A stretch of 64,000 nt of DNA from Macrostomum lignano (Eukaryota). The notes beneath the pieces were generated by a model. The model ran no database searches, was not told the origin of the DNA, and worked only from the letters and a program-made list of their open reading frames with translations. The translations under genes were made by a program, and so were the position numbers. Below are positions 51,449 to 63,014 of the stretch, one piece after another. The stretch spans positions 66,955-130,954 of the forward strand of contig NIVC01001464.1 of assembly GCA_002269645.1 (NCBI GenBank). Direction: 5' to 3'. The first letter of the stretch is position 1. Every line of letters begins with the position of its first letter.

Positions 51449-54400
51449 GCCTGCCTGTCTGTCTGTCTGTCTGTCTGCCTGTCTGTCTGTCTGTCTGTCT
51501 GTCTGCCTGTGTGTCTATCCGCCTCTATCTCCTTACTAACTGTGAACTGTCAGTTGCACAGAAGCATTCAGCAAGTGTCACACACTTTCATTAGCAAAAT
51601 CATTCGACTCATAATATAACTTTTATTCAACGACAATTTTGCTTATTTACTGAGAATTTTTTCATGCTTTGATGTTGTTTGGTGCTTTATTAAAATATAA
51701 AGTACATGTTGAATGCGGTGCAACTACTTATAGTAGCTTGCCTTTTTGCCTCTGCTTCTTGTGATTGTCAGTGGAACTTCAGTGTCACGTGAGACATTTT
51801 CATAAGTAATTTCCTCTTTTTTAAGTAATACTGTTAAGATTTTTATTAACTAAATTAAGAAAAAATATTTGAATGCAATTTTTATTGACTAATACTTGTA
51901 AAGAATAACCAACTACAGCTTCTGTTATTACGTGTTTACTCAAATTTCAGGACTCAGTCGCAAAGGTAATTATAGACAGAAAAATGCTCGTTTTAATCAG
52001 GTTGGGGGTCCTTGAAAAAGTGTTGTCTTCCTTGAGAGCGCTTACATAAATAAATCATTTGCACAGTATATGTGTATTTTTCTACATCTTGTAGTACATT
52101 GTGTCCTGTTGCTTTTGTCTCTGTCAGCCTGTGTCTTCTTCCAGGTAGATAATATTGCTATGTAAACTATCATAGAATTTGAAGTCTTTTTTGAAATTAT
52201 TATGCCAGCCTGTGATCTATCATCATCTATGTTTCTCTTTTATAATTCTTAATTGTGTCATATTTTTACTAAATTACTTTAATTTTATACTCTAATTCTA
52301 TTTTTAAATACTTTGTTATTTTTTAAGGATCTGAGCTTTCTATTGGCTGTGCTGGCTAGAAAGCGAGGTGCTCCGCCTAATAAAATGCTGGCTCACCTGG
52401 ATGATGCAATTCAGCAGCATTTTGCCAGCTTCAAGGTGAGGCTTTAAATTTTAGAATGTACAGTCGCTGTTGAGAATTCCCTGGATTTATAAGTGCACAT
52501 AAGCAGTATTCCCTTGAATTTCCCAGTGTACTCGTACATTATAGGAATTCCCTGGGATTTCCCAGTGTACATTATAGGGATTTCCTTGGATTTCCCAGTG
52601 TACATTATAGGAATTCCCTAGGATTTCCCTGTGTAAAGTTTAGGGATTCCACCACAGGATTTCCGGGTGTACGATATATGGGATTCCCTGGGACTTCAAA
52701 GTTGACAGTTATAAGAATTCCCTAGATTTCCCAGGGGAATTTCCCTGTATACAGTAGGGATTCTAGTGCGGAATTGCAGTGCGGAAATTAGCGTCAATTA
52801 GTCTTTTTAGGTCGTCATCAATTTTTTTATTTTACAGTCCCCTACTTGACATCCCCACCTGCAGGGCCTGGCTCTCGGCCCGGACTACTATCACTCTCTC
52901 AACCCGGACTTCCTCATCCAACTGGTGCACGAGTATCTGGTCCACGCGCCTCAGAAGCCGTCAGCAGCTGGTGGCGGTCAAGTGATCGATCCGGTTCTGC
53001 GCCGGTGCACCCAACTGCTGGACCCGCTGACCAGAGCAATGCCCGGCCTGCTGGAGGCTCTGTACCAGATGGCCAAGATCCGCTACCTGCTGGGCGACAA
53101 TGAGTCAGCTCTGGCCAAGCTGGAGACTTGCATCGACAATGACCCGGCGTTCAGTGCCGCATTCCTGTTGAAAGCCCAGATCCTGGTGCACCAGGGTAAC
53201 CTGAGACTTGCCGAGCAGGCACTGGACAATGCACTGAGTCACAATTTCGAAGTTCGAGAGTCGCCTCTGTATCATCTGACATTGGCCAGGGTGTTGAAAG
53301 GCCAGAAACGGCTTGATGAAGCTATCCAGAGTCTGCAAGCCGCTGTTAAACTGATTAGCAGTGCTCAGCAGGTAAACTAAATGAGAATATGTGGTACTAT
53401 TTAGCGTGAATGTAGCAGTAGTATAAGTGACTATTGGCAGAGATCTCTGCTCAGTTCATGTGTACTTACAGGGAATTCCCTAGCTTTCATGCGTACACTA
53501 AGGAAATTCTCTACATTTATCTGAACAGTTGGGCACAGTTGGGGAATCCCTCAGAGTCATGTACAGATAGGGTATCCAATTAGATTCATGTATTTATGTA
53601 CAGTAAAGGAATTCCCTAGATCCCAATGTACAGTGAGGGAATTCCCTTAGATTCAAATTTACAGTGAGGCAATTCCCTTAGATTCAACTGTACAGTGAGG
53701 GGACCCCATTAGATCCAAATGTACAGTAAGGGAATTCCCTAGCTTCAAATATACGGCGAGGGAATTTCCTTAGATTCAAATGTACAGTGGCAGAATTCCC
53801 TTAGATTCAAATGTACAGTGGGGCAATTCCCTTAGATTCAAATGTACAGTGGGGCAATTCCCTTAGATTCAAATGTACAGTAGCAGAATTCCCTTAGATT
53901 CAAATGTACAGTGAGGGAAAACTCTAGATTCACATATGCGGTGGGGAATTCCCTAAAGTAAAGTTTACAGTAAAGGAATTCCTTAGATTTAAATGTACAG
54001 TGAGGGAATTCCCTTAGATTCAAATGTACAGTGAGGGAATTCCCTATAAATTCAAATATACATCAAAGGAATTCCTTAGCTACGCAATTAACCCCAGATT
54101 TTCCAGACTCCACTCAAGCATCATCATACCTATCTTAAATAAAATATCTCGCACCACTAGGCGGCCGCTAAGAAGGGCGCTCAGCAACAGCAGCAGCAGC
54201 AGTCGCAGCAATCTCAACAGATGACCAGCGCCGATAGACTCAGCGTCTACTTAGAGCTCGCCGAGGTGTACCGCCTCGCCGATCGGCCTCACGAAGCCAC
54301 CAAAGTGCTGCAAGATGCTCAGAACGATTTCGCTGGCAGTCCTGAGGAGGTCCGCGTCACCATCAGCAACGCTGACTTGGCCCTGCAGCGAGGCGACATT

Positions 54401-57400
54401 GAGATGGCGCTGGGCACCCTGCGGACCGTCACGCCTGACCAGGCCTACTTCACCGAGGCCAGGAAACGGATGGCTGATATCTACCTGCAGCATCGCAAGG
54501 TGCGCGTTTGATTGTCTGGAATCTTGTCAGACTTGTCTGGAATCTTGTCAGACTTATCTGGAATCTTGTCAGACTTATCTGGAATCTTGTCAGACTTGTC
54601 TGGAATCTTGTCAGACTTATCTGGAATCTTGTCAGACTTGTCTGGAATCTTGTCAGACTTGTCTGGAATCTTGTCTGACTTATCTGGAATCTTGTCTGAC
54701 TTATCTGGAATCTTGTCAGACTTATCTGGAATCTTGTCTGACTTATTTGGAATCTAGTCAGACTTATCTAGAATCTTTTCAGCCTTATCTAGAATCTTGT
54801 CAGACGTATCTAGAATCTTGTCAGACTTTAAGGTATCTAGAATACATATATGGAATCTTGTAAGACTTATCTGGAATTTCGTCAGGCTTTTCTTGAATCT
54901 TGTCAGACTTGTCTGGAATCTTGTCAGACTTATCTGGAATCTTGTCAGACTTGTCTGGAATCTTGTCTGACTTATCTGGAATCTTGTCAGACTTATCTGG
55001 AATCTTGTCAGACTTGTCTGGAATCTTGTCAGACTTATCTGGAATCTTGTCAGACTTGTCTGGAATCTTGTCAGACTTGTCTGGAATCTTGTCTGACTTA
55101 TCTGGAATCTTGTCTGACTTATCTGGAATCTTGTCAGACTTATCTGGAATCTTGTCTGACTTATTTGGAATCTAGTCAGACTTATCTAGAATCTTTTCAG
55201 CCTTATCTAGAATCTTGTCAGACGTATCTAGAATCTTGTCAGACTTTAAGGTATCTAGAATACATATATGGAATCTTGTAAGACTTATCTGGAATTTCGT
55301 CAGGCTTTTCTTGAATCTTGTCAGACCTAACTTTAAATATGGTTAAACTTATCTGGAATCTTGTCAGACATATTAAAAATCTCGTCAGACTTATCTGGAA
55401 TCTTGTCATGCTTGTATGAAATCTTGTCAGAATTTTTTGGGATATTGTCAGTCTTTTCTGGAATCTTGTCAGACTTATCTAGAATCTTGTCAGACTTATC
55501 TAGAATCTTGTCAGACTTATCTAGAATCTTGTCAGACTTATCTAGAATCTTGTCAGACTCATCTAGAATCTTGTCAGACTTATCTAGAATCTTGTCAGAC
55601 TTATCTAGAATCTTGTCAGACTTATCTAGAATCTTGTCAGACTTATCTAGAATCTTGTCAGACTTATCTAGAATCTTGCCAGACTTATCTAGAATCTTGT
55701 CAGAACTAATTGAAATCTTGTCAGACTTATTTTAATATTGTCAAACTTATTTAGAATATTGTCAGACTTTTCTCAAATATCGTCAGACTTATTTAGAATC
55801 TTGTCAGACTTATCTAGAATCTTGTTAGACTTATCTAGAATCTTGTCAGACTTATCTAGAATCTTGTCTACCCCATCATGACCCCGCCAGGACAAGCGCC
55901 TGTACGCCGCGTGCTACCGCGAGCTGGCTGAGAAGATGCAGACCCCGGAGACCGACCTGCTGCTTGCAGACGCCTACATGGCCATCCAGGAGCCCGAGAA
56001 GGCCATCGAAATCTACGAGAGCGTGCTCAAGCGGAACAGCCGAGACGCAGCTTTGGCCACAAAGATGGGCCAGGCTCTGGTGAAATGCCACAGCTACAAG
56101 AAAGCCGTCACCTACTATGAGCACGCGCTCAAATCTGGTCAGACTTTTTTAAGATTCGATCTTGCTCAACTGCTGCTCAGGCTGAAGCAGTACGATAAGG
56201 CTGAGAAGACTCTGGCCCCTGCTGAGGAGACCAGTTCCGAGGATCCGGTGCTTGCCGCCAAGCTGCTGCATCTCAGATCTCAGGTCTTTGTTCAGCAGGG
56301 TCGAACTCAGGAAGCCGCCGAGGCGCTCAACTCGGCCAAGACTCTGCTCACCAAAGCGCTGCGCCGGGGCGTTGAGAATGCCGATGAGGAGCAGGTGAGG
56401 CTGAAGATGGGGGAGAATTTCGGGTCCGATTCTGAAAAGCAAGGAAAGCCTATTCTGAATTTTTAACGACTCAAGCGCGTCACGTCAGTTTGTAAAGTCG
56501 TCCAAGAATGGTTTTGTTGGCGCTTAACTTTCGATAGAGATGCGACTCAAATTCATATCTAGCGACGCAGATGTACTTTAAACACTACTCATTGTCTGCA
56601 GCGATTCTAGCACGCCTCAGATACGACACTGACGACTTCTGCCCCATTGTCGCAGTAAATAAAACGCTTCAAAATTGACTTTGAGGCTAAATTAGAATCT
56701 CGGCTTGGCTCTGCTCGTGCAATTAACGGCCTTGATGGCCAACCCCCAAGGCGCAGTGAAGTGTACATGTCTAACGATAATATAAAGTTAGGGCCGCTGT
56801 ACACTCCTGTGTGAGTGTGTGCCTGCGCGTTTGACTGCTCAGGGGAGTCGGCGGAATGGGCAGCAATGCCTCTCGCCGGTTGTGTGACAATGTCGCTTAT
56901 AAAGTGCACCAGACTGCACACAGCCTCCTGCCTTTGAGTCTAACAAAGTCCACTCATGCCCCATCCCGCAGCTCCGGCAGCTGAAGGAGCGAATCCATCT
57001 GGAGGCAGCCCGACTGGCCAGGGACCGGGCAGACCTGGACTCCGCCAAGCAGCTGTACGCTGATGCCGGGCCCACAGGCGGCCTGGAGCTGGTGCGCCTG
57101 CTGATGTCTCAGGACGATTTGGACACCGCGCAGCAGCATGCGATGCGGCTGGTGGCGAAAAATCCTGAAGATGATCAGGCGGTGTTCCTCCTGGCTGAGC
57201 TGCTGTGCCAGCAGGGAGACCTGCAGCAAGCCGCCTATCACTACAGGTTGGTGATGCACAAGGTTCACAAAATCCCTAAATCCCCGGATTCACAAAATAA
57301 TCCCTAAATCCCTAGATTCACAAAAATCCCCAAATGCCCAGATTCACAAAAATCCCTAAATCCCCAGATTCACAAAAATCCCTAAATGCCCAGATTCACA

Positions 57401-58044
57401 AAAATCCCTAAATCCCCAGATTCACAAAAATCCCTAAATCCCCAGATTCACAAAAATCCCTAAATGCCCATATTCACAAAAAATCCCTAAATCCCCAGAT
57501 TCACAAAAATCCCTAAATCTCTAGATTCACAAAATATCCCTAAATCCCCACAATCACAATAATCCACAAATCCTCAAATTCCCAGATTCACAAAAATCCC
57601 TAAATCTCCATATTCACAATTATGCCGTCGCAGGCAGCTGCTGGAGTCCCGGCCGGACAACTACCCGGCCGTTGCCCGCCTCATCGACGTGCTGCGCCGT
57701 CTCGGCCGCCTCGAAGAAGCCGCCCCTTTCGTCCTCGCCCAGTCTGCGCGCGCCCGTGTCGATGGCGGCTTCTGCTACTGCCGCGGCCTCTACGAGTGGC
57801 ACTGCGGCAACGCTGGCGAGGCGCTGCGTCAGCTGAACCGGGCCCGGCTGGACTCTGACTTCCAGCAGGAGGCCGTGTTCTGCATGGTGGAGATCTGCAT
57901 CAATCCCGATAACAACACGCTGGGAGGGGAGCTGTTCGACTCCGGGTGAGCTGGGGGAGACAGCTGTCTGTCTGTCTGCCTGTCTGTCTGTCTGTCTGTC
58001 TGCCTGTCTGTCTGTCTGTCTGTCTGTCTGCCTGCCTGCCTGCC

Positions 58045-58077
<33 letters not shown>

Positions 58078-58107
58078 GCCTGTCTGTCTGTCTGTCTGTC
58101 TGCCTGC

Positions 58108-58138
<31 letters not shown>

Positions 58139-58224
58139 CCTGCCTGCCTGTCTGTCTGTCTGTCTGTCTGCCTGCCTGCCTGTCTGTCTGTCTGCCTGTC
58201 TGCCTGTCTGTCTGTCTGTCTGCC

Positions 58225-58285
<61 letters not shown>

Positions 58286-58336
58286 GTCTATCTGCTATCT
58301 ATCTATCTGTCTATCTATCTATCTATCTGTCTATCA

Positions 58337-58376
<40 letters not shown>

Positions 58377-58377
58377 G

Positions 58378-58418
<41 letters not shown>

Positions 58419-58419
58419 A

Positions 58420-58456
<37 letters not shown>

Positions 58457-58484
58457 GTCTATCTATCTATCTATCTGTCTATCA

Positions 58485-58576
<92 letters not shown>

Positions 58577-60352
58577 GTCTATCTATCTATCCATCTATCC
58601 ATCTATCTAATCTATCTATTCTAACCCCCAGCGACATGCCAGCCGGAGACGCAGAGTCCATGGGGCTGCGCACGGCGGAGCGCCTGCTGCACGAGTTGAA
58701 GCCCCGGAGCGGCCCGGGCGGCAACGCTGCTCGCCTTCGCGTGGAATACCTCAAAGCGATGGTGCTGGTGGCAGGCAAGCAGAAGGCAGGCGCTGACAAG
58801 GCCGTCCAGATCTTCAACCAGATGCTGAGCCAAGACAAACTGTACGTACCGGCCATCTACGGCCTGGCGGCAGCGCACATGGTGGCCAAGAACAGCGCCA
58901 AAGCTCGCAGCACACTGAAGCCGCTGGTCACGGTCACTTGGTCGCTTGAGTTTGCCGACGAGCTGGAGAAAGGCTGGCTGCTGCTGGCCGATATGAGCGT
59001 CCAGTCTGGCGGGAGCCGGTCCGAAGGCGCCCAGGAGCTGCTGGCCAAGGTTCTGCAGCACAACAAGGCCTGCTACAAGGCCTACGAGTATTTGGGATTT
59101 CTAATGGAGAAGGAGCAGAACTACAAGGATGCGGCTAGGAATTATGAGCTGGCTTGGAGATATTCAAATCAGACTAATCCGGCCATCGGATTCAAGCTGG
59201 CGTTCAACTATTTGAAGTCTAAGAAACTCGTGGAGGCTGTGGACATCTGCCACGTGGTGAGTTGCCGCCCTGCGGCTGCTGCGGGATAGGGGGAGATGCC
59301 GGTGCAGAGGGTTGAGGGACAAGTGGAGAAGGTAGGTTCGGAGGGTGTGGAGGGTAGAGTAGGAGGGTGTGGAGGGTAGGGTCGGAGGGTGTGAAGGGTA
59401 GAGTCGGAGGGTGAGGAGGGTAGAGTCGGAGGGTTTGGAGGGTAGGGTAGGAGGGTGTGGAGGGTAAGGTAGGAGGGTGTGGAGGGTAAGGTAGGAGGGT
59501 GTTGAGGGTAAGGTAGGAGGGTGTGGAGGGTAGAATCGGGGAGGGTGTGGAGGGTAAGGTAGGAGGGTGTGGAGGGTAAGGTAGGAGGGTGTGGAGGGTA
59601 GAATCGGGGAGAGTGTGGAGGGTAGAATCGGGGAGGGTGTGGAGGGTAGAGTCAGGGAGGGTGTGGAGGGTAGAGTCGGAGAGGGTGTGGAGGGTAGAGT
59701 CGGGGAGGGTGTGGAGGGTAGAGTCAGGGAGGGTGTGGAGGTAGAGTCAGGGAGGGTGTGGAGGGTAGAGTTGGAGAGGGTGTGGAGGGTAGAGTCGGTG
59801 GTATGGAGGGTAGGGTAGGAGGGTGTGGAGGGTAGAGTCGGGGAGGGTGTGGATGGTAGAGTTGGGGAGGGGGAGGATCAGAAGGGTAGAGTCAGGGAGG
59901 GTGTGGAGGGTAGAGTCGGGGAGGGTGTGGAGGGTAGAGTCGGGGAGGGTGCGAAGGGTAGAGTCGGAGAGGGTGCGGAGGGTAGAGTCGGGGAGGGTGC
60001 GAAGGGTAGAGTCGGAGAGGGTGCGGAGGGTAGAGTCGGGGAGGGTGTGGAGGGTAGAGTCGGAGAGGGTGTGGAGGGTAGAGTCGGAGAGGGTGTGGAG
60101 GGTAGAGTCGGAGAGGGTGTGGAGGGTAGAGTCAGGGAGGGTGTGGAGGGTAGAGTCGGAGAGGGTGTGGAGGGTAGAGTCGGTGGGTGACTCGGAGGAC
60201 ATGGATGGTGTGGAGGGTCCAAATCTACTCAAACTAACTAACCTATAAAACCTGTTTCTGCTCCCCCACCGCAGGTACTCAAGAACCACCCGACTTATCC
60301 GAAGATCAAGAAGGAAATTCTTGACAAAGCCAGACAGCAGATCCGAGCTTGA
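46870..60352 (+). CDS. TTC21B: Tetratricopeptide repeat protein 21B / IFT139 (IFT-A), 12 exons, 1315 aa
   Basis: Exons 46870-47301, 47838-48215, 49605-49703, 50822-51112, 52328-52435, 52865-53371, 54161-54499, 55891-56394, 56972-57246, 57634-57945, 58632-59256, 60275-60352. All GT-AG, phases consistent, 3948 nt. Motifs [44 protein letters not shown] and [16 protein letters not shown]. Confidence 0.95.
47325..47760. repeat. 17/18-bp minisatellite (GAGTACATGATCCTTCA)n, TTC21B intron 1
   Basis: Seen directly. Confidence 0.85.
48285..49500. repeat. 27-bp minisatellite (GGAATCTTGGGATTTCCCTGTAGTTTA)n, TTC21B intron 2
   Basis: Source of the [12 protein letters not shown]. Confidence 0.95.
50050..50760. 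repeat. 24-bp minisatellite (TCACTATCCATAAATCCGCCCCTG)n, TTC21B intron 3
   Basis: Seen directly. Confidence 0.95.
51355..51510. repeat. (CTGT)n microsatellite, TTC21B intron 4
   Basis: Seen directly. Confidence 0.9.
52470..52780. repeat. Degenerate ~33-bp tandem with GGAATTCCC/GGATTTCCC and TGTACA cores, TTC21B intron 5
   Basis: Seen directly; units are diverged. Confidence 0.7.
53465..54080. repeat. 31-bp minisatellite (GGGAATTCCCTTAGATTCAAATGTACAGTGA)n, TTC21B intron 6
   Basis: Seen directly. Confidence 0.9.
54510..55868. repeat. 21-bp minisatellite (TTGTCAGACTTATCTGGAATC)n with a ~418-bp higher-order duplication, TTC21B intron 7
   Basis: A unique variant block recurs at 54783 and 55201. 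Confidence 0.95.
56685..56940 (+). mobile_element. 5'-truncated SINE copy in TTC21B intron 8
   Basis: High identity to 10260-10540 (GGCTAAATT.GAATCTC.GCTTGGCTCTGCTCGTGCAATTAACGGCCTTGA...). Confidence 0.85.
57262..57620. repeat. 26-bp minisatellite (CCCCAGATTCACAAAAATCCCTAAAT)n, TTC21B intron 9
   Basis: Seen directly. Confidence 0.92.
57962..58620. repeat. Compound microsatellite (CTGT)n then (CTAT)n, TTC21B intron 10
   Basis: Seen directly. Confidence 0.95.
59330..60220. repeat. 24-bp G-rich minisatellite (GGGTGTGGAGGGTAGAGTCGGAGA)n, TTC21B intron 11
   Basis: Seen directly. Confidence 0.95.
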
Positions 60353-60861
60353 CTGTATGAGGCAAAATTACATGTGAATTTCATTATAAATCTGACTCAT
60401 AACTAATGCTATAATATGTGATTGTTTTATTTTAATGAATATTATTAACATTCGGTTCAACCCACACTGGGTCAGTCACTGATTCCGTTTTTAATTGTTT
60501 CTTAGAAATTGGTTCTTAAATGCCCTTTGATCCGTCCTTTTGTTGTTTTCAACTCTGCTTTTTTACCCTTGTTTTCTGAATCTATTAAGCTTTCTCACGT
60601 TAAACTTGCATACAATACAGTAGACTAATTAAGCACGAAGTCTTTATTAAAAGTCTTTAGACATTTAAGATAAGGTTCTGCACAAATTTATTTATGAGTT
60701 ATAATTGATTTGGACTTATTCAATTCTCAAGAACGATGGACGATGTTCTCATGCCCTAGTAAGCACCTATCTCACCTATTCCTCGCTATTTAATAAATTT
60801 ATGTGAAATCCACGTTTCACATTAACAAATTAAGGGGTCGTACTATTAGATGGCTACATAG

Positions 60862-61194
60862 ATGGCTTCAAGTGACATTGTCACACAACCGGCAAGAGGC
60901 ATTACTACCCCATACCGCCGACTCCCCTGAGCAGGCACACAAGCGCGCGGATATGTACGCAGTCCTATGCACAGGCACACACTCACACGGGTGTACAGCG
61001 GCCCTAACTTTATTTATCGTTAGGCATGTACTCTTCACTGAGCCTTAGGGTTGGCCTTCAAGAGTGTTAATTGAACGAACAAAGCCAAGCCGAGATTCCA
61101 ATTTAGTCATCAAAATTAACGTGACTGCACTTGGAATCGAGCTTGGGCCGCTGGCACATCAGAGCGCCGCTCCAGGCCACTGAGGCTACGGCCC
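60862..61194 (-). mobile_element. Near full-length tRNA-derived SINE copy
   Basis: Minus strand reads GGGCCGTAGCCTCAGTGGCCTGGAGCGGCGCTCTGATGTGCCAGCGGCCCAAGCTCGATTCC, then the shared body. It retains ~28 bp missing from the 10197 copy. Confidence 0.85.
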
Positions 61195-61949
61195 AACCCC
61201 CTCCTTCAGGTCTCAGTCTTCAAACATAGCGAAGAAATTACCAGTAGGATTTCTGAGCAGATCTCTTTTACAATTCAGAGCGGCATGGATTCTATTGGCG
61301 AAAGCAAGCCTGAGAAAGCTCCCAAACTGTGCTCAGCGGCAGCCTACCACTCAGAACTGAGGAACAGGTATACGACTGCTGGCTAAGTCACATTAGATGC
61401 ACCTAATAAGCTAAAATTCACAGCTCAAAGCCTGGGGCACTTGCTCATCAACTTTGAGCCCCCATTCCGTATAGTGTCTGCTGAGCAGTCCTCAGAGAAA
61501 CATGCACGTGAGCTTGGAATTGTTGAAAAATCAACTCTGATTGTGCTAAAATTGAATTCTAAAATCGGATGATGACGTGAGAAGTCAATGGTGGCAAAAA
61601 ATCTGCACCAGAAAAAGCAGACAGTTGAGACTGAAAGACACTGACAATGAGACGCTCACGGATTAAACAAATTCGCAAAATTCACGCAAAAATGCATTCG
61701 AACAATCCGAGCGCTGCGTTGAGATTCTACGCATCGAGGAGCAGCCGCTGGTAGCAACCCAGCCTCCCCAAGGCATCGCGCAGTAAACAGTTTTCTCTGT
61801 CGCCTTGGCAACGCGATGCAATCGCAACGCGCCCGTACCCCAAATGGGGAGTTGGGAAGCTGCATAAAGCCCGCAGTCCTGCAGCTGGCGAGAGGCACAA
61901 AAGCGAAAGCACATCCCGTCTCGTGAGACTCTCCACAGCCGCTCTGACC

Positions 61950-63014
61950 ATGCAGACTTTGTCAATTCTGCCGCTGATTCTCTGCTGCTGCATCGCTCTC
62001 GGCCACTCGCTGGGCGCTGAATTCGGCCTGTTAGGCTGCTTTGTGGACACCGGAGATCGAGATATCAACGGTCTGAATGGCTGGTCCACCATCGGGCCCT
62101 ACTCAGTGACATGGAACTCCGGGGGGACAGTCGAACTCAGCAGCATGACTCTGCAGCTTTGCAGCGAAATCTGCGCCTATGGAAAATTCCGCTACTTTGG
62201 TGTTCAGTATTCAAGTTTTTGTTTCTGCGGAAACTCGTACGGCCGACACGGCAAGGCAGCTGACAGCGACTGCAACATGGCCTGCGCTGGAAACTCCGCC
62301 CAAATGTGTGGAGCTTGGGGCGAAACTCCGTGTACCGGCAGGTCTACAATCGTCCAGGTGAGCGTAGCGAAATTTGTACAATCGGTGCATTTCTATACAT
62401 GTACATGCACTTCCCCATGCACTGAGTACAGCATCCATGGTTTAGCAATTCTACTTATAAGCATTAAATACTAAAATTTAAAAGTAGTTCACAAATTTCA
62501 ATCAGTATTTGCCGGAAGGCTGGTGAAGCGCTATCTACCGCATACTGGATACTGTACGCAGGCACTCACTCAAACGCGCTCTCGCTCAGGGTGGTTCGGC
62601 GGCCCCGACTTTCTAATCGTCAGGCATGTGCACTCTCTGTGCCTTGGGGGTTGGCCCTCGTAGGTGCGTATGAACGCCAAATTTCAGAATGTGAGATCGA
62701 CTGCAGTCGACATGTCGAAGGAGACGCACTTGTGTTGGTCTCACCAGAGTAGGGTGCACTTTATGTCTCTTTTTTCCCTTCTAGATAGCAATCATTTCAC
62801 TCTGGCTGACCGAGACTACGTGAACCTGACCTCTACCAGCGGGCCCTTCTACCGCAATGAGCAGCCCGTCAGGAGTCTGACTGAGTGCGTATATCGCTGC
62901 GATGCTGACTGCCAGGCCGTGCTGTTCCACCTGGACGCCTGCCACCTGTTGAGATTCGCCGTTCTGCCGCACGAGCTGAAGACCGAGGCTGGGATGTTCG
63001 TCACCCGCGTGTGA
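61950..63014 (+). CDS. Secreted WSC-domain + PAN/apple-like protein, 2 exons, apparent 1-bp frameshift (assembly error or pseudogene)
   Basis: Signal peptide MQTLSILPLILCCCIALG and WSC motifs (GCFVD, MTLQLCSEIC, YFGVQYSSFCFCGN, CNMACAGNSAQMCG). Exon 61950-62357; exon 62785-63014 encodes SLTECVYRCDADCQAVLF...CHLL. An extra G at 62317-62320 would restore WGRNSVY and the splice phase. Confidence 0.78.
62545..62660 (-). mobile_element. Diverged SINE fragment in the WSC-gene intron
   Basis: GGCATGTGCACTCTCTGTGCCTTGGGGGTTGGCCCTC is the reverse complement of the SINE body GAGGGCCAACCTCCAAGGCACAGTGAAGTGTACATGCC. Confidence 0.65.

Noticed and set aside
48479-55735. ORFs [31 protein letters not shown]
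   Set aside because: Stop-free frames of 21-27 bp intronic repeats between TTC21B exons.
57946-59289. 447-aa ORF beginning with SVCL/SIYL repeats
   Set aside because: Only 58632-59256 is real (TTC21B exon 11); the rest is microsatellite read-through.
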